Below are positions 47,295 to 59,100 of a stretch of DNA of 59,336 nt, one piece after another. Origin of the DNA: a virus (Duplodnaviria; Caudoviricetes); the IMG/VR virus record IMGVR_UViG_3300042507_008591, positions 1 to 59,336 of that record; one strand, 5' to 3'. Position 1 is the stretch's first letter. Every line of letters starts with the position of its first letter. A program made the translations under genes and the position numbers. The notes below the pieces were generated by a model, which made no database searches, was not told the origin of the DNA, and saw only the letters and a program-made list of their open reading frames with translations.

Positions 47295-47527
47295 TTGTTC
47301 TCAAGTAGTTGAATTTTTCTTTCCAAGTACCAAAGGGCTTTCTTTAGGTCTTGGATTTCTCTGTCTGTTTCTTTTTTACCAGCCCTAGCGATGTACTTAA
47401 AAGTATTACCGAGATGAAAATCCATCTCCAAAGCTTCGATAATTTTGATGACTTCATATGTGTTTGTTTCTCCGCCATAATGATTAGGGTGATTTACGAA
47501 CTCGTAAGTAGATGTAGGTTCTGACAT
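47291..47527 (-). CDS. DUF3310 family protein
   Basis: VNHPNHY, FHLGNTFKYIARAGKK, DLKKALWYL. Confidence 0.9.
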   Translation of the reverse strand: MSEPTSTYEFVNHPNHYGGETNTYEVIKIIEALEMDFHLGNTFKYIARAGKKETDREIQDLKKALWYLERKIQLLENK

Positions 47528-47528
47528 T

Positions 47529-48158
47529 TTATTTTAGTGTTAGAATTGGACAATAATAAGTTCTCCATTCAGAATGCCAATAGAAACCTCCGTTGGTTGT
47601 TTGACGCTCAGGTCCATCAATAGAAGGAATTTCCATGGTTTCATATTCAATATTACAAATCGGAGTTAGAATGTCAAACTCAGTTTTGGTCATATGAATT
47701 CCATTCTCATCACCTCTTGGGTTATTGAAGAAAGAAAAGATGCCATCGGGTTTAAGCATGTTTGGAACGTTTCGTTGGAAATCCCAAATCTCCTCAGCCC
47801 AAGTGTCGATGTAAATCCCATCAAACTTAGGGAGGTATTTCATGAACCACTGCCAGTCTCCATGTAGAATCCTGACGTTGGGTTTGAGGTGCCATCCGTC
47901 GTCCATCATTTTGGTGAAGACATCAAGATGAGGTTCGATAATCCAATGTTCATCGACACCATGAGTTTGAATAAACGAATCAATCAAACCCATCCCAAAC
48001 CCAACGTTCAGAACTCTTCCCTTATTTCGGCAGACAATCTCCGCACTTTTCTCCATGATGGGTCTCTCCCACTCCATCATGATAGCGTTTCCATTCTCGT
48101 CCATAAGACGACCGTCAGATGTGTACGTGAGCCGTTGCTCAAAATAAGGTTTTCCCAT
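47529..48158 (-). CDS. Rmt2/guanidinoacetate N-methyltransferase-like protein
   Basis: MMEWERPIM, VLNVGFGMG, HWIIEPH, FDGIYIDT, FSFFN. Confidence 0.8.
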   Translation of the reverse strand: MGKPYFEQRLTYTSDGRLMDENGNAIMMEWERPIMEKSAEIVCRNKGRVLNVGFGMGLIDSFIQTHGVDEHWIIEPHLDVFTKMMDDGWHLKPNVRILHGDWQWFMKYLPKFDGIYIDTWAEEIWDFQRNVPNMLKPDGIFSFFNNPRGDENGIHMTKTEFDILTPICNIEYETMEIPSIDGPERQTTNGGFYWHSEWRTYYCPILTLK

Positions 48159-49306
48159 TACTCTTTTCCGATGTTATCGATAGTTCTTTCTTCTTCATCA
48201 TAATCATGTCCCCCAAGGTAAGCAAGAGCTTCTTTCGCTTTCTCCACGTCAACCTTAACAGTCATGTTATAGTTAATTTTATCCAAATGTAAGGCAAAGT
48301 CCAGAGCATCTGCGATAACTTTTACAATTTTGTAGGGGTCTCCATTCGACGCTGGTCTACGGTCCTCAACGTACCCTTTCCACTCTTTCGCCGTAGCTAG
48401 CGGTACACGAATGGAAGACCCCCTATCAGAAACTCCCCAACTGAACTTGTCGATTGACTGAGTCTCGTGTTTACCAGTTAGACGTAAGTAATTGTCTGAA
48501 CCGTAATTCTTAATGTGTTCTTGGTGACGGGATTCGAAGGAACGGAAGATGTTTTTGAAGTAATCCTCACCACCTTCGTCTCTCATCTTATCGTTGGAGA
48601 AGTTACAGTGAAGTCCCGAACCATTCCAGTCACCTTGAACTGGTTTGGGGTGGAACTCAATCTCGTATCCTTTTTCTTCGCTGAGTTGTTGAAGGATGTA
48701 ACGAGACATCCATAGGTCGTCACCAGCCTTTAGTTTTCCCTTACTGAACACTTGGTATTCCCACTGACCTAAAAGTACCTCAGCATTGGTACCAGTGATG
48801 TCAATCCCTGCTTTGATACACATCTCCATGTGTTCGTCCACAAACTCACGTCCATTGACTTGGTTGGTTCCAACTCCACAGTAATATCTACCTTGAGGAG
48901 CAGGGTAACCGTTCTTGGGAAATCCAAGTGGTCGTCCATCTTCTATGATGGTATACTCTTGTTCAAACCCAAACCATAGGTCTTCTTGCTCGTCACCCAC
49001 AATTGCTCGGGTATTGGACTTATGGGGTGTTTCATCAGGGTTCATAACCTCACACATTACAAAGTAAGATGAAAGGTACCCTTTGTTCAGGAAGTTCGGA
49101 TAAATACGAACGGGTTTCAAAATGCAGTCGGAAAAATGTCCGTCGGCTTGTTGGGTTGAAGAACCATCAAAGGACCATTCAGGACAATCCGAAAGAATCA
49201 ATTTATTGGTGTGGTCAAGGTCAATGACCTTTACCTTACTTCTAAGGTTTGGTTCAGGTTGGTAACCATCCAACCACACATATTCAAGTTTTATTTTCGT
49301 TTTCAT
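48158..49306 (-). CDS. glnII: Glutamine synthetase type II
   Basis: EYVWLDG, LRSK, WSFDGSST.QA, FEQEY, NAEV..GQWE.Q, DWNGSG.H, RLTGKHET, EDRRPASN.DPY. Confidence 0.93.
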   Translation of the reverse strand: MKTKIKLEYVWLDGYQPEPNLRSKVKVIDLDHTNKLILSDCPEWSFDGSSTQQADGHFSDCILKPVRIYPNFLNKGYLSSYFVMCEVMNPDETPHKSNTRAIVGDEQEDLWFGFEQEYTIIEDGRPLGFPKNGYPAPQGRYYCGVGTNQVNGREFVDEHMEMCIKAGIDITGTNAEVLLGQWEYQVFSKGKLKAGDDLWMSRYILQQLSEEKGYEIEFHPKPVQGDWNGSGLHCNFSNDKMRDEGGEDYFKNIFRSFESRHQEHIKNYGSDNYLRLTGKHETQSIDKFSWGVSDRGSSIRVPLATAKEWKGYVEDRRPASNGDPYKIVKVIADALDFALHLDKINYNMTVKVDVEKAKEALAYLGGHDYDEEERTIDNIGKE

Positions 49307-49487
49307 TTTTGTAGTAATAGTATTTTTTTACCCATTCAGATTCCCCAACAAGTCCCTCGTCGACCAACTTATCAATTAATTCTTGTGTCTCATCCAATGA
49401 GCGTTTTAGAATGTAATGGGAAATATACCCGATATAAGTAGGTCTATCAATCTTAAAAAGAAACTTTTTTAAGTCAGTGCCCTCCAT
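49284..49487 (-). CDS. Small winged-helix-like hypothetical protein
   Basis: 67 aa; IDKLVDEGLV. Confidence 0.55.
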   Translation of the reverse strand: MEGTDLKKFLFKIDRPTYIGYISHYILKRSLDETQELIDKLVDEGLVGESEWVKKYYYYKNENENKT

Positions 49488-49488
49488 T

Positions 49489-49716
49489 TTATAGGGGTTC
49501 TACCTGATTTTTCTTACTTTTTTTCTTCTTACCCCCCTTTTCAGTGGGGGTCTCTTGTGGAACCACTTCCCCACGGGACTCAAGTTTCCATTCTGACTTG
49601 GGTATAAACATCCAATCACCACCCGATACACGAATGTCGGCAGTTAATTCGTCTGTTCTTAAAATGGTACCGACTTTGTACCCATTGTTCGGTTTCAAGG
49701 CTTTGATACACTTCAT
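49489..49716 (-). CDS. Hypothetical protein
   Basis: 75 aa, Lys-rich tail. Confidence 0.6.
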   Translation of the reverse strand: MKCIKALKPNNGYKVGTILRTDELTADIRVSGGDWMFIPKSEWKLESRGEVVPQETPTEKGGKKKKSKKNQVEPL

Positions 49717-49718
49717 AA

Positions 49719-49910
49719 CTAAAGTTTGTTTTTGATAAGTTTTTTAATTTGTGTCTCATTCATCCCCCCCACAAACATATCAAAAACACGATGAGCTAAG
49801 TCATCGTAGAAAATAAAGACATCGACCTTTGCGTAAAGCTCAGACAACGTCTTCTTTTCTAAATGTTCTAAAGTCTGTTCCCGAGTTAGGATTCGTTTGT
49901 TAACACTCAT
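49719..49910 (-). CDS. Hypothetical protein
   Basis: 63 aa within a tightly packed operon. Confidence 0.6.
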   Translation of the reverse strand: MSVNKRILTREQTLEHLEKKTLSELYAKVDVFIFYDDLAHRVFDMFVGGMNETQIKKLIKNKL

Positions 49911-49919
49911 GGGACAAAC

Positions 49920-50708
49920 TTAAGAAGAAAATTTCAAACTATCAAACGATTCAATCTTTTCTTGGGGTAAAGTTTGTAAGATGTACGACAAGACCTTTCT
50001 CTTTACCATCGGAACCAAGGTCTCTTCAAAAGGAAAGTTTTGATTGGAATATACCTCGAAGACAGGTAACTTACTTTGTTGGGGGTCTCCAATCCATGAG
50101 GTGTTTTTTTGGATTATCTCAGACAAAACTTCACCCTCAGGATTACCCTCGTAGATTTTATTGAGATATATTTTTGACTCTTGGGTCTTTCCTCTCATCT
50201 TCTTGATGGAATACTCCCAAATGAAAAATTGTTTCAGGTCTTTGATTCCGAAGTATATGTATCCATATCCTTTATCAAGACCTCTTTTATTTTTCTTGAG
50301 TTTAACGGCGGTTGATTCAAAAACGATAGACCAAATGGACTTACCAATACTAAAGGCATCCATCAATTTGTTTCCCGAATACATTAATGTTTTTTCGAGT
50401 TCATCGAAATCATCCTCACTAAGACTTGGTAACCTCTTGGGGGTTAATTCTTTCAAAAGAATTTCATCGTCACAGAATTCAAACTTTTTGTCGGTGGTGA
50501 GAATTAATTTTTCTTTGAAGATGGATTGAACATTTGCCAAATGAAGGGAAAGTTCAACAAAGTCAGGATAGATTTTGAAACCCTCAAAACTTTTTTCACA
50601 TTTCTGTATGTAATCCAAGAGGGTATATTTGTTGTATTCGAAATCGATGGGTTCGGTCAACATCCACTCGGGATTCAACTTAAATGGATTTTTCTTTTTT
50701 CTAGCCAT
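49920..50708 (-). CDS. Conserved hypothetical protein
   Basis: W..EPIDFEYNKY.LL.Y, P.EETLVP..KR pattern. Confidence 0.7.
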   Translation of the reverse strand: MARKKKNPFKLNPEWMLTEPIDFEYNKYTLLDYIQKCEKSFEGFKIYPDFVELSLHLANVQSIFKEKLILTTDKKFEFCDDEILLKELTPKRLPSLSEDDFDELEKTLMYSGNKLMDAFSIGKSIWSIVFESTAVKLKKNKRGLDKGYGYIYFGIKDLKQFFIWEYSIKKMRGKTQESKIYLNKIYEGNPEGEVLSEIIQKNTSWIGDPQQSKLPVFEVYSNQNFPFEETLVPMVKRKVLSYILQTLPQEKIESFDSLKFSS

Positions 50709-50738
50709 TTCTTAATGGTAAAAAAATATAATTTTTAA

Positions 50739-51587
50739 TCAACTTAATCTTAGTATGACGTAGGTCTCACCATCAAAGTACACCTCCTCTGCCTTACCAT
50801 CATAAGTTGGAAGAACATCATAACCATTATTTTCGTACTCGGAGTCAATTAAAGATTCCATGTTAACAACATGGCTGTATGGCATATCATGGTCTGCAAT
50901 GAATTGGAGTAAATCATCAGAATAATATTCCACTTGATTATCAATGTACTCCTCAATTGCCCACTCGAACCAATCACCTTCGGGATTCTCTTTGATTTCT
51001 TCCATTTCTAAGTTGTAATCCTCAACCAAAGAAATAAGTTTCTCTAAGTAATTGTCAATTTTTTTTTGTTGACCTTCGTCATCAATTTTTAAACCGGCTA
51101 ACTTTTGAATTTCACTCTCAAATTTTGAAATTTTTTGAGTATACGAATCTACTAGTAATTGTTGTTCTTCACTTAGGTCTCTTTGATTTTCACCCAAATA
51201 ACCACTAGGGTCATCATAAACCCAATCCTCGTGTACATCCCTAATCATTCTTATCAAATCTTTTTCATCCAAGTTGCTTCGAAGGGTCTCATCTGAAATA
51301 TTGTTCAAGTTATCCTCATCTTTGAAATACTCCTTGAGGTATTCTTTTATCGTTGTCTCGGTTTCATCATAATCGTCAACCGCATAATTACGGTTAAGTT
51401 GAGGTACGCGAAATTGGTACATTCTATAAAAAAGATTTAAAGGTTCCAAGTCATATACACTGTCCTCTTCGGGGTCTAAATCCCCCTCTGATACTAAAAA
51501 ATTAAACAGAATATTCGCAGCAATACCTTCACCATCGGTATTGTTGATATTCCAAACATCTTGTTCTTTACGTTCTTGGCTAGTCAA
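50739..51587 (-). CDS. Acidic hypothetical protein with coiled coil
   Basis: 282 aa, TTG start, TATTTAT upstream. Confidence 0.7.
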   Translation of the reverse strand: MTSQERKEQDVWNINNTDGEGIAANILFNFLVSEGDLDPEEDSVYDLEPLNLFYRMYQFRVPQLNRNYAVDDYDETETTIKEYLKEYFKDEDNLNNISDETLRSNLDEKDLIRMIRDVHEDWVYDDPSGYLGENQRDLSEEQQLLVDSYTQKISKFESEIQKLAGLKIDDEGQQKKIDNYLEKLISLVEDYNLEMEEIKENPEGDWFEWAIEEYIDNQVEYYSDDLLQFIADHDMPYSHVVNMESLIDSEYENNGYDVLPTYDGKAEEVYFDGETYVILRLS

Positions 51588-51663
51588 AACAATTAAAATA
51601 TATTTGATAAATAGTTAAAGAACTCTATATTTATTATCAATAAACACCAAAATTATTTGAGCC

Positions 51664-51819
51664 ATGGGATGTGGATGTAAAAACAAGGGAAACCAACAAC
51701 AAGCAGCTGCGACAACCGTAAGTTCTGCCGAACAAAAAACATATACTAAACAAGTCAACGAGAACGTTAAGGAAGCAATTAAGAAGACTGTAGAGAAATA
51801 TTACCAAAGAACCAAGTAA
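51664..51819 (+). CDS. Small MGCGCK protein (51 aa), not in ORF track
   Basis: Lies between a TATTTAT motif and the terminator at 51841. Confidence 0.7.
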   Translation: MGCGCKNKGNQQQAAATTVSSAEQKTYTKQVNENVKEAIKKTVEKYYQRTK

Positions 51820-51840
51820 AATTCCTTACGTTATTGTTGA

Positions 51841-51866
51841 AGGGTGGAGAAATCCACCCTTTTTTT
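51841..51866 (+). terminator. Intrinsic terminator
   Basis: AGGGTGGA-GAAA-TCCACCCT followed by a T-tract. Confidence 0.8.
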
Positions 51867-51879
51867 GTATTTATAAAAT

Positions 51880-52869
51880 ATGGCATCACTCAGAGATTAT
51901 ATTAAACAATTCAACGAAGGGGAAATCGAAATTGTCAAATTGTTTGGCGGTTCGGAAAATTTCTTGAGGGTTGTTGAAATGAAGGGTATGATGAATCTTA
52001 TCGACCCAAAACAATTAGAACCAACGGAACAAAATTATTTGATATTGTATTTTTTAAACAACGATATCGAAAAATTCAATTATTGGGTTCAAGAATTTTT
52101 AGGTGATATCACAGTCGTTGACGGTGAATATTATTTGACAACAACGGAAAGTGTTGGTGAGGTTTTAGGTTCCCTTACATGTGATAATAATAGAAATTCT
52201 ATGAGTGGTAAATTAGTTGAAGAAATTATCGATGGTGAGCATACTTGGGACTTTTATGGCACTACAGATGATGTTTACCGTGATGTTGTTGAGGATTTGA
52301 ATGAAAAAAATACAGATGTGTTGGTAAAATCTTTATACGAAATACTCAAAGATGAAGAAATTGAAGTCGATGAAGATTTGGATGAATTAACGGACGAAGA
52401 AACCATTAAACTTACCGAAGAACAAATTCGGAATGTTGTATTAAAAGATAGAACAACTTTTTATTATGTGGTTGACAACTACGCATCCGATATCAAAGAT
52501 AACTTATATTCTATTCATCGAAATGCTTATGAAACCGCCTATAGTGATGAAGTTTACGAAGATATATGGAGTGCGTTTGATGAAATTTTTGAAGGGAAAC
52601 CTATCTACAAAACAATCCAACACCCACGAGCACAAAATAAAGAAGTTGAACAACTAAATTTAAAATTAGTTGATTTCAAAAGTAAAATTGAAGATTTCTT
52701 GGAGCAATACAAGGGATACAATTCAGGAACCTTAGAATATCATGGTTCTTACACAGCAATTCTAAACGAATTAGAGGATTGTGTTGCTGTCTATGGACCT
52801 GAACACGCTGGTTGGACTAAAACAAAGAAAAATATTAACGAATATTTCTTAGATTGGTGGGAATATTAG
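51880..52869 (+). CDS. Acidic hypothetical protein
   Basis: 329 aa, D/E-rich, TATTTATA upstream. Confidence 0.75.
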   Translation: MASLRDYIKQFNEGEIEIVKLFGGSENFLRVVEMKGMMNLIDPKQLEPTEQNYLILYFLNNDIEKFNYWVQEFLGDITVVDGEYYLTTTESVGEVLGSLTCDNNRNSMSGKLVEEIIDGEHTWDFYGTTDDVYRDVVEDLNEKNTDVLVKSLYEILKDEEIEVDEDLDELTDEETIKLTEEQIRNVVLKDRTTFYYVVDNYASDIKDNLYSIHRNAYETAYSDEVYEDIWSAFDEIFEGKPIYKTIQHPRAQNKEVEQLNLKLVDFKSKIEDFLEQYKGYNSGTLEYHGSYTAILNELEDCVAVYGPEHAGWTKTKKNINEYFLDWWEY

Positions 52870-55800
52870 GATAATAATCCTTTTGAACGAGCCTTCTCTA
52901 AAACTCTCTCCGCTCTTTCCTCCAACTGAGAAATCTTTTGGTCTTGTTCCTTGATTGCTTCTACAGCTACGGCAACTACTTCTTTAATCTTAACCAAGTA
53001 TCTGTCATCTTCAGTGTGGTGAACAACTTCAGGTACTTCCAACATCAATTCTTGGGCAATAAAACCTATTTTTTTGTTCTCAGGTTTATTTTCTTTGTCT
53101 TTCCAATAGTATTCTACCCCTCTAAGGTTGAGGATTTTTGAAAGTGCAGATTCAATTGGTTCGATATTTTCTTTAAGTCTAATGTCAGATGGACCAGTGG
53201 GTCCAGTAGGACCTGTTGGTCCTTTAGCACCTTGAGCCCCTTGTGGTCCTGTTGAACCTTGAGAACCAGTAGCACCTGTAGGTCCTGGAGGCGAAGCTCC
53301 TTGTGCTCCCTGTGCTCCTGGCGTACCTGAGCCTCCAAGACCTTGTGCTCCTTGGAATCCTTGTCCTCCTGCGGCTCCTGGACTGCCGGTACCACCTCCA
53401 CCACCTTGGAATCCTTGTGCGCCAGTATCTCCTTGTGGTCCTCTTGGACCTGTAGCCCCTTGCGCCCCGTCTGTACCACCAAATCCTTGTGAACCCTGAG
53501 CACCTGTAGGTCCTTGGGCTCCTTGAGCCCCTCCGACTCCTGTACCTCCTTGAGCGCCTTGGAAACCTATAGCACCTTGAGCACCTTGAGCCCCTTGAAG
53601 TTGAGCGGGTCCGGTTGCCCCTTGAGCTCCTTGACCTCCTCCCGCTCCTTGAAAACCTTGACCTCCGGCAGCTCCCTGAGCTCCTTGTCCTCCAGTCGCT
53701 CCTGCTCCTCCCGGTCCTCCTTGTCCACCACCTGGACCTTTTCCTCCTTGAGCCCCTTGTGCTCCAGTAATTCCTTGAAAACCTTGACCTCCTTGAGCCC
53801 CTTGTCCCCCTGTGGCACCTTGAGCTCCTTGAGCACCTTGAGCACCTTGACCACCAGCAGCACCTTGAGCACCTTGTCCTCCAGTTCCACCTTGTGCTCC
53901 TTGAGAACCTTGTCCACCCTGAGCTCCTTGTCCACCTCCGGCTCCTTGAGCTCCTTGGGGACCTTGAGCTCCTTGTCCACCAGTACCTCCTTGAGCACCT
54001 TGAGAACCCGTTCCACCTTGAGCACCTTGAAATCCTTGACCACCCTGAGCCCCCTGACTACCAGTTGCCCCACCATCTCCAATAGCGCCCTGAAAACCTT
54101 GTCCTCCTTGAGCTCCTTGAGCTCCAATTCCACCTTGAGAACCTTGTCCTCCTTGAGCTCCTTGTCCGCCTTGAGCACCTTGAGCACCTTGAGCACCAAC
54201 AAAACCAATATCACCTTGGAAACCTTGACCTCCTTGGGCACCTTGGGCTCCTTGACCTCCAGTGGCACCTTGAGCGCCTTGAGCACCCTGTCCTCCTTGG
54301 GAACCTTGGGAACCTGTTCCACCAGTTCCTCCTTGAGCTCCTTGAGCACCCTGTCCACCTTGAGCACCTTGACCACCTGTTCCACCAGTAGACCCTTGAG
54401 CCCCTTGAGCTCCTTGACCACCTTGGGCTCCTTGAGCACCCTCCGCCCCGAAATTTCCTGTAGCACCTTGGAACCCTTGACCTCCTTGAGCACCCTGAGC
54501 ACCGGTCCCACCAGTAGCACCTTGTGCTCCTTGGGAACCTTGACCTCCTTGAGCACCTTGGCCACCTGTTCCACCAGTCGCCCCTTGTGCACCTTGAGCA
54601 CCTTGTCCACCTTGAGCCCCTTGGGCACCTGTTCCACCAGTTCCTCCCTGAGCACCTTGAGCACCCTGACCACCTTGAGCCCCTTGGGCACCTGTTCCAC
54701 CGGTTCCTCCCTGAGCCCCTTGAGAACCCTGCCCACCTTGAGCACCTTGGGCACCTGTACCACCTGTACCTCCTTGGGCACCTTGAGCACCTTGACCTCC
54801 TTGAGCTCCTTGAGCACCTTGACCACCGACAGCTCCTTGTGCTCCTTGGGCTCCTTGTCCTCCTTGAGCACCTTGGGCTCCTTTTGCGGCTCCGTCACTT
54901 TCTAAACCTGGACCTTGAGCCCCTTGGAATCCTTGTCCTCCTTGAGCACCTTGTGCACCTGTAGTTCCGGCACTCCCTTGGGCTCCTTGGAAACCTTGAC
55001 CTCCTTGGGCTCCTTGTCCTCCTTGGGCACCTGTACCACCCTGAGCTCCTTGAGCACCTTGACCTCCTTGAGCACCTTGGGCACCTGTTCCACCCGTAGC
55101 TCCCTGAGCTCCTTGGGCTCCTTGTCCACCCTGAGCACCTTGTGCACCTGTTATACCAATCGCTCCCTGAGCGCCTTGAGCACCTTGACCTCCTTGAGCA
55201 CCTTGGGCGCCTGTACCACCTGTGCCTCCTTGGGCACCTTGAGCTCCTTGTCCACCTTGAGCTCCTTGAGCTCCCTCTGCGCCAAAATTACCAGTCGCTC
55301 CTTGAAAACCTTGACCACCTTGAGCACCTTGGGCTCCCGTTGTTCCCTCACTTCCTTGGGCTCCTTGGAAACCTTGGCCTCCTTGAGCACCTTGGGCTCC
55401 TGTTGTCCCTGCGCTTCCTTGGGCTCCTTGGAAACCTTGACCTCCTTGAGCACCTTGACCTCCTTGAGCACCAGTTCCACCTTGGGCACCCTGAGCCCCT
55501 GTTCCTCCTTGCGAACCTTGCGGACCCTTTCCTCCCGTTGCTCCTTGAGCTCCTTGAGCTCCTTGTCCACCTTGAGCCCCTTGAGCTCCTATTGTTCCAG
55601 TTGCCCCTTGAGCGCCTTGAGCCCCTTGACCACCTTGAGCCCCTTGAGCTCCTATGGAACCTTTTCCTCCTTGAGCACCCTGAGCACCTTGAGCCCCTTG
55701 AGCTCCTTGGGCACCTTGGGCACCTGTTCCACCAATTGCCCCTTGGGCTCCTTGAGGTCCTGCAGCTCCTTGTGCTCCTTGTGCCCCTTGGGCTCCTTGT

Positions 55801-56162
55801 GCCCCGATTGCCCCTTGAGCTCCTTTTGCACCTGTGACACCCGTGGCGCCTTGAGCTCCTTGGGAACCCTGTGAACCGGTAGCACCTTGTGGACCAGGAT
55901 TACCCGCCCATCCCGATGAATTTAAAATGGTACCAAAAGCATTATCAAATTGTCCTAACCACAAATCTACTTTTGCCGTGCCACCACCTATTTCAAAATT
56001 GTTGTCTGCGGTGGCAGAAATTCTAAGTAAGAGGTCATTGTTAGTTCCTCCAGTAAACTTAAGACCTCCACTTGGATTTACAAACGAAAGTACTGTTGTG
56101 GTAGTTCCCGAATCGATAAATTCGATTTCCCCTGAATTTGGTAAAACAATTATATTAGCCAT
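52866..56162 (-). CDS. Collagen-like fibre protein with C-terminal peptidase S74 chaperone
   Basis: ~900 aa of Gly-X-Y (GAQ/GGQ); SDIRLKENI...LRGVEYYWK...IGFIAQE. Confidence 0.9.
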   Translation of the reverse strand: MANIIVLPNSGEIEFIDSGTTTTVLSFVNPSGGLKFTGGTNNDLLLRISATADNNFEIGGGTAKVDLWLGQFDNAFGTILNSSGWAGNPGPQGATGSQGSQGAQGATGVTGAKGAQGAIGAQGAQGAQGAQGAAGPQGAQGAIGGTGAQGAQGAQGAQGAQGAQGGKGSIGAQGAQGGQGAQGAQGATGTIGAQGAQGGQGAQGAQGATGGKGPQGSQGGTGAQGAQGGTGAQGGQGAQGGQGFQGAQGSAGTTGAQGAQGGQGFQGAQGSEGTTGAQGAQGGQGFQGATGNFGAEGAQGAQGGQGAQGAQGGTGGTGAQGAQGGQGAQGAQGAIGITGAQGAQGGQGAQGAQGATGGTGAQGAQGGQGAQGAQGGTGAQGGQGAQGGQGFQGAQGSAGTTGAQGAQGGQGFQGAQGPGLESDGAAKGAQGAQGGQGAQGAQGAVGGQGAQGAQGGQGAQGAQGGTGGTGAQGAQGGQGSQGAQGGTGGTGAQGAQGGQGAQGAQGGTGGTGAQGAQGGQGAQGAQGATGGTGGQGAQGGQGSQGAQGATGGTGAQGAQGGQGFQGATGNFGAEGAQGAQGGQGAQGAQGSTGGTGGQGAQGGQGAQGAQGGTGGTGSQGSQGGQGAQGAQGATGGQGAQGAQGGQGFQGDIGFVGAQGAQGAQGGQGAQGGQGSQGGIGAQGAQGGQGFQGAIGDGGATGSQGAQGGQGFQGAQGGTGSQGAQGGTGGQGAQGPQGAQGAGGGQGAQGGQGSQGAQGGTGGQGAQGAAGGQGAQGAQGAQGATGGQGAQGGQGFQGITGAQGAQGGKGPGGGQGGPGGAGATGGQGAQGAAGGQGFQGAGGGQGAQGATGPAQLQGAQGAQGAIGFQGAQGGTGVGGAQGAQGPTGAQGSQGFGGTDGAQGATGPRGPQGDTGAQGFQGGGGGTGSPGAAGGQGFQGAQGLGGSGTPGAQGAQGASPPGPTGATGSQGSTGPQGAQGAKGPTGPTGPTGPSDIRLKENIEPIESALSKILNLRGVEYYWKDKENKPENKKIGFIAQELMLEVPEVVHHTEDDRYLVKIKEVVAVAVEAIKEQDQKISQLEERAERVLEKARSKGLLS

Positions 56163-59100
56163 TCATCAAATTTTTCAAGGGAGAAAGTTTATTGTTAATT
56201 ATAATTATTCTGTGTTGGTTTTCTTTAATAGAGGCAAGACCCACCGCTGTTAAAACGTCAATATACAAGTCCTTGTATCCATATTTGTCTTGACCTATTA
56301 TTTCGGGAAATATATTCTCAACTTCTTGAGCAATAAATCCTAAACTTTTATTTTTGATAAGATAATCATGGCTTTTTCCGTATTCTTTCAAATGTGGAAT
56401 GTCCGATTTCCATTGGAATCGAACTCCTTTTAATCCCAATAGTTTTTTTGTAGAATCTTCTAAGGGTTGAATGTTTGTTTTGAGTCTTATATCAGATGGA
56501 GGTCCTTGGGGTCCTTGAGCACCTGTGGCACCTTGAGCTCCTTGTGAACCCGTAGCACCTTTCGCCCCTTGAGGTCCTGTTGGGCCTAATGGACCAAAGT
56601 TTCCAGGGGCACCTTGAGCACCTTGTGGTCCTGTTGCACCTGCAGTTCCTGGAGCTCCCTGAGCACCCGTGGGTCCAGTTGCAGGTCCAGTAGGTCCTTG
56701 AGGTCCTTTTGGTCCTTGAGCCCCTGTTACCCCTCCTTTAGCTCCTTGGAAACCTTGACCTCCTTGGGCTCCCTGTGCGCCAGGATTTCCTGAGGGTCCT
56801 TTAGCACCCGTAGAACCGGCACCCCCTTGAGCTCCTTGGGGTGCTAAAGTCACGTTGGCAGGTCCCGTGGCACCTCCTGGTCCAGTTGCTCCTGTTGCTC
56901 CAGCCGCTCCCGAAAGGTCACTTATAGGACCGGCAGGACCTTGAGCTCCTTGTGGTCCTCCCGAACCTGTGGCACCTTGAGTCCCTCCTTGAGCTCCTTG
57001 TCCTCCCGTCGGCCCGCCAGGACCTTGTGCACCTTGAGCACCTTGAAACAACCCTTGGCCTCCTTGTGGACCTTGTGCTCCAGTGGAACCTCCATTTCCT
57101 TGGGCACCTTGGGGTCCTCCTTGAGCACCTGTTGGACCTGTCGCTCCACCAATTCCATTGGCACCTGTGGCTCCTTGGGTTGCTGATGCCGCTCCTTGAG
57201 CACCCTGAGGACCAATGCCTCCTTGAGCACCTTTTGCCCCATTGGCTAAAAAGTTATCAGCCCCAGTCGGTCCTGTAGCCCCTTGAGCTCCCGTAGGGCC
57301 TGGTGCTCCTTGTGTTGCCGATTGTGCCCCTTGACCTCCTGTGTTTCCTGTAGGTCCCGTAGCCCCTTGTGCTCCTTGGGGTGCTCCTTGAGCACCTTGA
57401 GCTCCTTGAGGTGCTAAATCTTGATTGGCAAAACCTTGAGCTCCTTGTGGTCCTCCTGTTGCTCCTTGAGCTCCTTGAGCACCTTGACCACCAAGATTAC
57501 CTTGAGCCCCTTGTGGACCTCCTTGAGCCCCTGTCACCCCTTGAGCTCCTTGACCTGCGGTAGCTCCTTGAGCCCCTTGAGGTCCACCCTGAGCTCCTGT
57601 TGCCCCTTGAGACCCTTGGGCACCTTGTCCTCCAGTCGCTCCCTGAACACTTCCTGTTGCCCCCTGAGCTCCTTGTGCACCTTGTGCTCCTTGACCACCG
57701 GTATTACCCTGTACACTTCCTGTAGCACCTTGAGCTCCTTGAGCTCCTTGTGCTCCTTGACCACCCGTAGCGCCTTGAACACTTCCTGTTGCTCCAGCAG
57801 AACCTGTACCACCTTTACCCCCTGTCGCCCCTTGAGCTCCTTGTGGTGCTCCTTGAGCTCCTGTTGAACCCTGCGTACCTGTTGCACCTGTACCACCTTT
57901 AGCACCACTATCTAAAACCGAGGCCGAAGCACCCTGAGGTCCTTGAGAACCTTGTCCTCCTGTTGCCCCTTGAGCTCCTGAGGTTGCTCCTTGAGCTCCT
58001 TGGGAACCTTGAGCTCCTTGTGCACCTTGGCCTCCTGTGTGACCTTGAACGGCACCTTGAGCACCCTGTGAACCCTGAGCTCCTTGGGCTCCTTGTCCTC
58101 CTGTATGACCTTGAACGGCACCTTGAGCACCCGTTGCTCCTTGAGCACCTTGAGCTCCTTGTCCCCCTGTCGCTCCTTGTACACCACCTTGAGCACCTGT
58201 GGCACCTTGAGCCCCTTGTGCTCCTGTTCCACCTGTTGCTCCTTGGACTCCTCCTTGGGCTCCTTGAGACCCTGTAGCCCCTTGTCCTCCCGTGGCACCT
58301 TGAGCTCCCTGAGTCGCCCCTTGTGCGCCCGTAGCACCTTGTGAACCCGTAGCACCTTGAGCTCCTTTAGCGCCATCGTTAAATAACGAAGCCTCAGCCC
58401 CCTGTGGTCCTTGGGCACCTTGTCCACCTGTAGCTCCTTGAGCACCTTGCGTCGCTCCTTGAGCCCCCTGAGAACCTTGAGCTCCTTGAGCACCTTGTCC
58501 TCCAGTATGTCCTTGGACGGCTCCTTGAGCTCCCTGGGAACCTTGAGCTCCTTGAGCACCTTGTCCCCCTGTATTACCTTGAACGGCTCCTTGAGCTCCC
58601 TGTGAACCTTGAGCCCCCTGAGCCCCTTGTCCTCCTGTATTTCCTTGAGTTGCCCCTTGTGCTCCCGCTGAACCTGTACCACCTTTACCTCCTGTTGCCC
58701 CTTGAGCCCCTTGTGGGGAACCTTGAGCACCTACAGAACCTTGAGGACCTGTTCCTCCGGTCGCACCTTGAGCCCCTTGTGGGGAACCTTGTGCCCCTGT
58801 GGCACCTTGTGAACCAATAGCTCCTTGAGCTCCTTTAGCGCCATCGTTAAATAACGAAGCCTCAGCCCCCTGTGGTCCTTGGGCACCTTGTCCTCCTGTG
58901 GCACCTTGGGAACCTTGTGTTGCCCCTTGAGCTCCCTGAGAACCTTGAGCTCCTTGAGCACCTTGTCCACCTGTATTTCCTTGAACAGCTCCTTGAGCTC
59001 CCTGTGAACCTTGAGCCCCTTGAGCTCCTTGTCCTCCTGTATTTCCTTGAACGGCTCCTTGGGCTCCTTGAGAACCCTGAGCTCCTTGAGCCCCTTGAGC

